Shown here one piece after another: positions 27,254 to 37,500 of a DNA stretch of 39,913 bases. Where the stretch lies: positions 1 to 39,913 of the forward strand of contig JAYSWN010000044.1 of the NCBI GenBank assembly GCA_043718025.1, written 5' to 3'. Every line of letters begins with the position of its first letter. Positions within the stretch are counted from its first letter, which is position 1. A program made the position numbers and the translations under genes. Under the pieces are notes generated by a model. It was not told the DNA's origin and made no database searches. It saw only the letters and a program-made list of their open reading frames with translations. The stretch comes from Pseudomonadota bacterium. Its GTDB lineage: Bacteria; Bdellovibrionota; FAC87; UBA2466.

Positions 27254-28281
27254 TGTCCATCGTCAACCACTGGCGCGATAAGTTTTCGCAAAACTTAATT
27301 CCCATGCAGGTGACATTTGAACTCACCTACCACTGCAATGAACGGTGCAGTCACTGTTACCTCTCCACTTTTGACGATAGAACCGACGGGCGCCCGACCC
27401 TCACCCTCACCGAATGGAAGGGTATCTTAGATCAACTGGCCCATGCGCGGGCACTCTATTTGGTGTTGATCGGTGGCGAAGCCATGATGCACCCGCAGTT
27501 TTGGCAAATTGCTGAATACGCATCGCAAAAAAACTTTGCGCAAAGCCTAATCACCAATGGACTGCTACTCGATGAAGCGGCGGCAGAAAAACTTGCCGCC
27601 AACAGTTTTTATCAAGTCACGGTCAGCTTTTATTCCTTAGACGCCAAGGTGCACGACAAAATGACCCGCCGAGCGGGCTCGCACGCCAAGACCCTGGCGG
27701 CCATCGGTTTATTGAAGAGAAAAGGGCTGCAGGTGGGAATCAACTGTCTGCTCACCCGTGAAAGTATTGGCGGCAGTTTTGCGCTTAAGGAGTGGGCCGA
27801 GGCCCAAGGCATTCCCATTTCATTTGATCCCATGGTGACGGCAAAAATTGATTCTTCACTGGGCTCCACCGGCGAGCGGGCAACCCCAGAGCAGCTGAAA
27901 TGGTATTACCGTGAATTAAAGAACCGGGGGGCCGGCCCGAAACCGCAAACCGAGGTCGATCCGAATGCGGTGATCTGCAACGCCGGTCGCGGAAAATGCG
28001 CGGTGAACCCGTACGGTGATCTGCTCACTTGTTTAGAAGTGCGCGAACCGATCGGTAATCTGCGAAAGCACACTTTCGATGAACTCTGGCGCTCGCCCCA
28101 AGCCGAAAAACTGCGCGGCTACCGCAACCGCGATCTCAAATTTGACTCATCGTGCGACACCGGCGCCTTTTGCGATCACTGCCCGGGAATGGCCGGAAGT
28201 GAGACCGGAGATCGCATGGCACCCGTCCCCTTTTTGATGGAATTGGCCCAGATAAAACGTGAAGTTTTCGAAGAAATTTAA
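27253..28281 (+). CDS. Radical SAM/SPASM-domain peptide maturase
   Basis: ELTYHCNERCSHCY (CxxxCxxC), LIGGEA, ITNG; C-terminal CNAGRGKCAVNPYGDLLTC, IGNL..FDELW and CDTGAFCDHCPG. Confidence 0.93.
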   Translation: MSIVNHWRDKFSQNLIPMQVTFELTYHCNERCSHCYLSTFDDRTDGRPTLTLTEWKGILDQLAHARALYLVLIGGEAMMHPQFWQIAEYASQKNFAQSLITNGLLLDEAAAEKLAANSFYQVTVSFYSLDAKVHDKMTRRAGSHAKTLAAIGLLKRKGLQVGINCLLTRESIGGSFALKEWAEAQGIPISFDPMVTAKIDSSLGSTGERATPEQLKWYYRELKNRGAGPKPQTEVDPNAVICNAGRGKCAVNPYGDLLTCLEVREPIGNLRKHTFDELWRSPQAEKLRGYRNRDLKFDSSCDTGAFCDHCPGMAGSETGDRMAPVPFLMELAQIKREVFEEI

Positions 28282-28504
28282 CCTCCCCCAATCGGGTGAG
28301 AAGCCTCATTTTTCACTCGCCTCAAATTCAAGTAACTGCCTGAAATAATGGCGCTCTACCAATTGTGTGGTTTTCTCCATTAGTTCGCTCGACGGGCGGA
28401 GCGTTATAATTATAAGAGGAGTAAACCCACACGATATTAAGATTTTAGGACCGGGTGAAATAGTCCGATAAGCCATTCGGGCGCTTTTCACCAACGAGGT
28501 ACGT

Positions 28505-31500
28505 TTGAAGAAGAACGGTTCAAAAATTTGGCGTTTCATTTACGCGCTGTGTCTGCTCGCTTTTTTTATAGGCACCAACCAGGCAAACGGGGCCTGCACG
28601 CTTGGAACCGATAGCTGCTGTTTGAGCACCGGTGGTCCAAGCGATAACGCGGCCACTCAATACATTTGGGAACCGAACACTCCCTATTCTGGACTTTGGA
28701 ATTGGTACAACCACTGGCGCGTGCAAGCCGATCCCAACAGCATCCCCGACGGAAAATCGGGAGGCACCGCCTGTGGTGGCACGACCACTCAGTGTTTGGG
28801 TACCGCCGGCGCGGTGGTCGCGGGATCTGCCGCGAACGAATACGCCTACATCCAATCCGACTGGCGAATTCCCGCCTACCCCGTAAACAACTACACGCTT
28901 TCGTGCCTTAAGATCGCTTCGGGCACCATGACCACCGCCAATGGGGTGACCATCACCATTAACTCGCCCGCGGTAGTTACCGTCGACGGCGCCGGCACCG
29001 GCGCGAGCCAGGGCCACATGTACGCGGTGAATACCCCAATTCGTTTCTACACCACCGGGGCACTGCCGACTGGCCTGACCGCGGGAACTCTTTACTTCGT
29101 TCAGTCAGTTCCCGCCGCGAACACCTTTACCGTTTCCGCCACGTCCGGGGGAGCGGCGATCAATACCAGCGGAAGCCAATCCGGCGCACACCGTGTGACC
29201 CAAGTGGCCACGACCACGATCACCATCCCCACCAACGCCACGGTAACGACTCCGATCACGGGAAAATCGACGACGAGCATTTCGATTCCAACCCCCGCCA
29301 CCGTAACTCAGGTGGATAGCTCGGTGACCAGCGCGTTTGCCGCATCGGCAGCGGCGGTGACAATTTCGGTAACCAGTGGCACTCGCTACGTGCAGTACAG
29401 TAACAGCGGCTTGTTGGTAAACGATGCCGTGATGTTCACGGCCGGCACTCTGCCCTCGCCACTTGCCTCAAATACGGCGTACTACGTAAAAGCGGTGAAT
29501 GGCGCCGGAACGGATCGCTTTACCCTAACCGACAGCCCGGGTGGACCCGTTATTACCATTGCCGCGGACGCCACGGGCCTTACGCTGCACCGAAGTGCAA
29601 TCACGTTCGCTGGTCACGGCCTTTCGGCGGGTGACCCGGTAGTCTTCGCCACCTCCCGCGCCCCGATGACCGCGGGCACCATTTATTACGTTTCAGCCGA
29701 CTTACCACCGACAACTAACCTTTTCGATATCTCCACCACCCCCGGGGGAACCCACCTGACGATCACCGGAACGGGCAATAGCGTTATGACCCGCCAAGCC
29801 GTCCGTTGGCCAAGTCACGGCTTAGTTGCCGATGCACCGGTGCAATTTACGGGGGGCACCCTTGCCGCCGGACTCACCGCCAGCACGGTCTATTATGTAG
29901 TAGGGGCAGCCGCCGGCATTGCCGGCCCGGCGACAAACTCCTTTTCGGTTAGCGCTACGATAGGCGGCGCACCGATCGTAACCACGGCCGATAGCAGCCC
30001 CACGGTTACCGGATTTCAGCCAAGTACTTTTTCGTACACCGCCCACGGCATGGCGGCCGGAGCGCCGGTCAACTTCACCACTACCGGCACGCTGCCTACC
30101 GGCCTCACCGCCGGAACCATTTACTACGTGGCCGCCACCCCTGCTCCGTTGACCGATAGTTTTTATATTGCGGCCGCCCCGGGCGGAGCAGTGATTCGGG
30201 CAACGGCGGCCGGCACCGGCACTCACACCGCGAACAAGCCGGGCGTTGTAAACTGGGCGACGCACGGTCTGCCGGCCGGCACGGCCGTTCTCTTTTCCGG
30301 TGGAACTCTCCCGTCTGAAATCACGGCGAATGCCCTTTACTACGTACTGGCCACTCCCACGATTCAGGCCGGAAGTTTTTCTATCGGCACGACGGCCGGC
30401 GGAACCGCGATCCCCTTCACCGGCAGCACCGCCGCCACGATCACCGGCAAACAGCCGGGTGTGGTCACGTTAAACGCGCACAATCTTTCCGCCGGCTACC
30501 CAGTGATTTTTAGCACTTCTGGGGCACTCCCCACCGGTTTAACCGCGGGAACCACTTACTACGTTGCCAGTTTTCCCGCGCCCACCGCAAACACCTTTGC
30601 CGTTTCGGCGACCGCCGGGGGGGCCCCCATCGCCACCACGGGCACGCAATCCCCAACGCACACCCTGTCCACCGTGATGACCATTGCGGCCGAGTTTTTT
30701 AGCAATCCAAATTCAGGTTCGCTCACCACCACCAATCAGTTTCTTCTCAATATGGCCGGTGCGGCGGAACAGACTTTAACCAACGTGGACCCCATCAATC
30801 ATTTAAATATCTCTAATAACACCACCGTTAATCTTACCGACAATTTTACCGTCAGCGATAACTTCACCATCGCCGATGGAACCGGTATCGTAAAAATCAA
30901 CAACAGTCTGCTGATTTCAAAATCAACCACCCCGGTTACGATTCCCGCCAGCGCAACGCTTGAAATTCAGAGCGACGCCATCTTCACCGCTTTGGGTGGT
31001 GTCGTCGTCAACGGCGTTCTGAAAGTGAAAGCGGGAGGAACCCTGCTCATAGGTAACGGCAAGACCCTACAGGTGAACGCCGGGGGCGTTCTCCAGCTCA
31101 TTGGTAACTCGGGCGCCGTCGCCAAAATTGACGCCGTCGATGGTGGTTCTACTTACATCTTGAATGTGGCCGGCTCAGTTAACGCCAACTACTTTTCGAT
31201 CAGCCGCACGACGGCGCCCGGCCTCAACATCACCACCGCGGGTTCAGACTCAATCCAAACTCTTTCAAACGGCGAGTTTCACTACTTAGCCTCCGGCGGA
31301 TACGCGGTCACGCTCAACACCGCCAAAGACGTTCCCACCTCACCAAACCCAAGTGGCCTGGGCTTCTTTGACGATTTTGCCTACGCCAATACTAAGAATT
31401 TTAATGCAACTAACTACACCGGCGTAGCGTTCACCGTAAGCCAATGGTCGGGCCTGGGAAACACGGCCTACGAACTCGACCCGTCCTCCAAAGTAGGTTG

Positions 31501-34500
31501 GGGAACTCAAGCCCCCGTGGCACTCCAAGTGACCAATGCCTCCGCTTCGGGCAGCCCACCCGCAACGATTGGCCGCAACTCGGCAGAAACGCTCTTTGCT
31601 ACATTTGGCTTTTCTCTAAATGGTTCCGGCACCGCAACGGATATCACCTCGGTGACTTTTACCCTGGGCGGAAACAATACGGCATCGGACGTTCAGTACG
31701 GGCGAGTGTATCGTGACACCAACGCTAACTGCCAATACGATCCGGGCGTGGACTTGCAAGTAGGATCCGATCTCTACTTCAACAACTACCCGGGCATCGC
31801 CACGGTAACCATTCCGGCAACCCAATTATCGGTCAACAGCACCACTTCCAAGTGCCTTCACGTCACCCTGGCGACAAGCCTCAATGCCCACATAAGCTCG
31901 ACGATACAGTTAAAAATTGCCGGTACCGCAGATGTGACCAACTCGCAAGCCTACGCTTTCTCAAGCGCCAGCGGCCCACCGGTACAAGGCGGTACCTCTA
32001 CCGTAGTCGTGGGCGGCTCCTCCATTAAAGTTTGGAACGGGGGAAACGGAACGGCTGCGGCAGCCCAAAACTGGAACGCAAATGTTACGGACTGGACGCC
32101 CAGCGGAGTGCCCGGGGCAAGCGGTACCGACGACTGCCAGATTGGTCCCGCTTATTCTTACTTGCAACTGAACGCCAACTACAGCTGCCTTAACGTAAAT
32201 CTTCCTAACAACGGAAAAATGTCTTTTAGCCCCACGACGAATACGTTCACCGTTTTGGGTGCCCTCACTATCGGTTCGTCTTACACCTTTGCTACTTCGG
32301 GAAACTTCACTTTCGCTTCGACCGTAGCCAATCAAAGCATCACCGCAAACACTGCTTTTCCCGGTAACGTTACCATCAACAATACGTTCAACTCAGGGGC
32401 CGGGATTGTTTCGGTAGACAGTGATTTTACCGTTGGCGGCGACCTGACGCTGACGTCGGGAGTGCTTCGGGTGACTGCGGGCAACACCCTCTACGTAAAC
32501 GGCAACATCAACGTAAATGGCGGAACCCTAAAGATCGAACCCGGGGCCTCCGTGGTTTTAGGCGATGGAAAAACGCTAACCGTAGGCGCCTCCGGAACTC
32601 TTGAGATGGTGGGAAGCTCGGCGCAAAACTCCAATTTCACCTGTGCCGGTACGACCACCGGTTGCGCGGTTACGGTAAACGGCACCATCAAAGCTCAATA
32701 CTATTCTTTCAGTAAATTGGCGGTCAGCGGCGTTACGATCAACTCGGGCGCCACCATTGACCCTACCTACTATCTACAAAATGGGGCGTTCACTTTTCCG
32801 GTGGGCACCAACCCCGTCCTGCTTACTCTCAATCGACAAGTGCCCAGCACCACCTGGAATTCGATGGTTTTCGATAAAAACGGATCCTCCGCTACGGGGG
32901 CAAAATCGATCGTCACTACGGCTACGGCTTCACCAAATCCGTCCCTCACCATCAATAACTACAGCGGCGATCTTACCGGCAATGCCTTCACGACCGATAT
33001 TCCCTACGACATCATTTGGGCGATACCCACTACGACATTAAAAATTACGACGGAAGACTTAGTTTCGACTTCGTGGTCAGCTACGGTCACCATTTCGGGT
33101 GCGGCAACGCCAGCCGTAGTCACTTGGGCGTCGCACGCGCTAGCGGCCGGAACGCAAGTTAGTTTTACTACCACGAACGCTTTGCCAACCGGGTTGTCGC
33201 CCTTAACGGCTTACTACGTGGCCGCCTCACCGGCGCCCACCGCCACTACTTTTTCAGTGGCGGCGACGGCAGGCGGAGCGGCGATCAACACCACCGCCGC
33301 CGGATTGGGCATTCAAACCGCCACACCTGCCCCTATTTCCGATGTAGCGTCTCCGGCGGTAATTGCTTGGAAATCTCATGCGCTAACCGCAGGAGCTCAG
33401 GTCACTTTTACGACTAACGGCACGTTGCCCACGGGTTTAGCTACCGCCACCATTTATTATGTTGCGAGCTCACCGGCACCCACCGCGAACACCTTTTCGG
33501 TGTCGACCACCTCCGGAGGCGCAGCCCTCAACACCACGGTTGCCGGCACGGGAACCCACGCCGCTAACTCTACGGCCAACAATGCGAATCAGGGCGATAC
33601 CTCGGTGCGCGCCGGGTGGTTTGGGTTTCAAGAGACTACGGCCGGAACTTTTGCGAACACCGATCTGACATCGATCAAGATCACCTTAGACGGTACTGGC
33701 GCTTCTTCCGACGTTTCGAGTGCTCGCTTGTATTACGATTCTACATGCGCCGGTTCGGGCGGCACCTTTGTGGGAACCGCCCAAACTTTTTCGGGCAGTC
33801 CGGCCACCATTACGTTTGGAAGTTTGACCGGCGTTACGGTGCAATCAGACGTAACCTCCCCGCCAAAACGATGCGTCTACGTTGAATACGACGTGGCCTC
33901 CGCCGCCACCTCCGGCGCCACCGTAATCGCAAAAATTCAGGCCAACGGCGATGTCGTCAATTCTCAAACCTACGCCTTTAATGGCTCGTTCTCGCCGCCT
34001 AAAAATGGCCGTACGATCGCGGTAGTGGGCAACACCACCACTTGGGTAGGCACCACTTCGACCGATTGGTTTACCGCCACCAACTGGAGTCCACCCCTGG
34101 TTCCCACTTCGGCCAAAAACTGCATCATCAATGATGTTACCAACGACCCCGTCATCAACGCCGCCGGAGCAGTCTGTAAATCTCTCACCATCGGTAACGG
34201 TATTCTTACGATCAATAGCGGCCGCAATTTAGATGTATTTGGATCATTGACCAACACCGGCACGATAAGCCAAGCCGCCTCGTCGTCCACCATCACCATT
34301 AAAGATGGCGGAACGATCACTAACCAAACACTACAGAGTTCGTCGGCGCTAAACTACTTGGTTTTCGATAAAACGGCGGGCGGTTACGTCTACATCGGAA
34401 ACCAAAACCTAACGATCAACAACTTCACGATTGGTAGCGGCAAGAATTTTATCTTCAACGTACGTGCCGGCGATACGCTCACCTTACCAAACGGGGCAAC

Positions 34501-37500
34501 CCTTTCCTCCGCCACTTTCCAAGTGGATGGGGATGGCACGGTGGCCGTGGGCAGCGGCCAAACTTTTCTCGTTAACGGAGCTACCGTCAAAGCCAACGGC
34601 ACCAACGATGGCTGTATCACCTCTTATCCCGGCACTACCTGCATGGCGGGTAAGGCTCTGTTCACGCGCAGCGGGGGATCGGGCACTTGGTCTTTCCAAA
34701 CCACCTCCGGGGTGGTCGATTTTACGGGTTGGACGGTTGAATGGATGGATTGCAACGGCATGCAAATTGGCGGCACCACGCAAGTCACTAACTTTAATGG
34801 CGGGCAAATTCGCAACATGCCGACGGGTTGTGGAACGTTCTACGGACTGCAGCTCAATAACTCAGGGGGACTTCCTTCGACCGCCGACTACGTTGGTTTC
34901 AATTGGGGGCCGAACAACACGCCATTGGCCCCGGGTACCGCTTACAATCTAATTCGCTCCACCGGCTGCAATGCCAATACGATGAGTTTCACCAATTGGT
35001 TCGGTGATTTTTCTGTTGCGCTAGATCAACCCGTCCCGTCGACCAAGATCACCACTTCCAACTGCACCATCAACATGACCGCTGCGGCCTCGCTGGTCGC
35101 GTTGACCGAAATCTTCAAGGCAACGCCTTTCAACGCGTTGGTTCGCCTCACTTGGACCACCGGTTTGGAATCGCTGCACCAGGGGTTCAACGTTTATCGC
35201 AGCACCTCGCCTGACTCAGGCTACGCGCAAATAAATGGCTCGCTGATCCGTAACCCCGTCCAGGGAGGATCGATTCACGGCAGTTATGACTTCCGCGATT
35301 CCGGGGTGACCAATAACGTAACTTACTACTATCGCCTCGAAGACATCGCTACCAATGGAGTGCGGACCATCCACGGTCCAGTAGCCGCCACTCCCAAGGC
35401 TGCACTCGGCGCGGCTCCCGCTCCCACGGGTAACGCGGTGGTGGCCGGCAATGCGTCCGGAAGTGGAACCCCGGCTTCCGATGAGTCAACGCCCGGGATT
35501 CTCAACCTGGCCCCCGGCGTAAGCCAGCTCGCCAAAACAAAAAATTCACTCCGCCTGCGCATCGAGATACCCGCGGTGGTTCGCGCCGCTTCGGAGGTTG
35601 GTGGTTATGAGCAATTGAGCATTGAAGGCTACGCCACATCGACTGAGGCAGGAAAGCCTGAACTTCCTGAGCGCGCCCTATTGATTGAAGTGCCGCGTTC
35701 AGAAGTGGCCACCTTTGCCGAAGTCTCGCGGACTTCGAACACCTTAAACACGCTTAATGTCGTACCGGCCAAGACTTATAGTGTTGATAGCAACGGTAAC
35801 CTAGTCTCCTCGCGCGCCCCAGACGGCACGTTCTACGCCACCAACGCGGCGCTGCCGGCTTCGCCAATTGAAATCAAAGACATCATCGAAAACCAAGGGC
35901 TTTTTTACTTACCGATTATCGTAAAACCGATTCGCTACAACCCGGTAAACCAGCAAGCCACCGCCCTGACGCAAATCACGTTTGACGTCCATTTTTCGGG
36001 AAGCCCGAATTGGAACATTGGTTCACCGGTGAGCGAAAGCGGGGCCTGGGGTTACGAAGGCTCGCTTAAGATTCATATTAAAAAATCGGGCCTCTATAAG
36101 CTGCGCTACTCCGATCTCGTTAACGCCGGAGTAGACGGCCCGTTTGTGGGAGCCAATACGAGCAAGCTTCGCCTTTTTTCGGGCAGCGGCGAAATGCCGA
36201 TGCAAATCACCAGCGCCGACACCACTTTTAACGACGGCGACGAAATCCGTTTCTTTGCCCCCTATTTCAGTTCGGTTGAGTCCGATCGCAACTCGCTAGT
36301 TCTCTACGTTGATACCGTGGACGGTTTGCGCATGGATTCAATGGTAGCCACGCCCAGCGGCAATGCCAGCACGCAGGCGAGCTACGCTCGACGTTTCGAG
36401 ATAAAAAGCTCTCAATACGCCTTATTTAGCGACCCAGTGGGTGCGGGGGCGGAGCACATCTATTGGAGTTACCACTATTTTTCGGCCGCCCAGAATAGCG
36501 GGTCGCCCGACTTTAACACCGACCTAAACCTTCCGGGGCTGGTGAATAGCGGCACCGTCCGAATCCGACTATCGCTAAAGGGGAGTCGCGGTGGACAGCT
36601 TCAAAATCCGATCCATCACCTAAAAGTTTACGTAAACGGATCTTTCAGCGACTCAGGTGATGCTGAATTCCAAACCAATGAACCTTACTCAGTGCAGTTC
36701 GATATTCCGGCCTCCCAGTTTATTGAAGGCCGCAATAGCATCCGAGTGCGCGTAATGGGTGATCGAACCGGAAACGATTTTGATCGCGTGAACTTCGAAA
36801 AGCTTTCGGTGGAGTATCCGCACCGCTGGTCAGTAGAATCGGGAGTGGCGGAGGTGCTCAACTATAAGGCCGGAAAAGACATCATGCTGGATGGTCTCAC
36901 TAGCGGTACCGTTTCTGTTTACGACATCACGACGGTGGATGACGTGGTTCGCCTCACCGGCTTTGGAATTTCACAAGACAACGGCAATTTCGCGGTATCG
37001 TTTGCCACGGCCTCGGGAGATCCGTCGCTCGGACGCCGACTACAAGTGGTGGCCGATAGCGCCGTACTCTTACCCTGGGCGCTGGAGCTTAACCCCGGTT
37101 CGAACCTTAAAGCCACCAACCAAGGCGCCGATGTGCTTTACATTGGCCCACGTCGATTGATGAGCCCGGTGGCACGTTTGGCGGCACAACGCCGCGACGA
37201 TGGTTTCCGTACGGCGCTGGTGACCACCGAAGATATCTACTCAGAGTTTGGAAATGGCATTCGCTCGCCGCAAGCGATCAAAGATTTTATTGCGTACGCC
37301 TACGCCAACTGGCAATCGCCGGCTCCAAAATACGTGGTGCTGATCGGCGATGCTTCGTACGATCCCAAAAACCAATTGGGTTACGGTTTGGCTTCGGGAG
37401 TTCCAGTCTACCTAAATAAAGGTGTCTACGCTGACTACGGCGACGACCACTTCTACGCCTCATTGGTTAGCGGTAGCGACGTCCCCCTTGTTTCTTTAGG

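Noticed and set aside
24237..28281. Lasso peptide cluster
   Set aside because: No asparagine-synthetase-like cyclase or transglutaminase-like B2 gene in the window. No Thr(-2) register places Asp/Glu at core position 7-9; the best case puts Asp at 10.
26987..28281. PQQ biosynthesis (pqqD/pqqE)
   Set aside because: No pqqB or pqqC, and the peptide lacks the PqqA ExxxY core.
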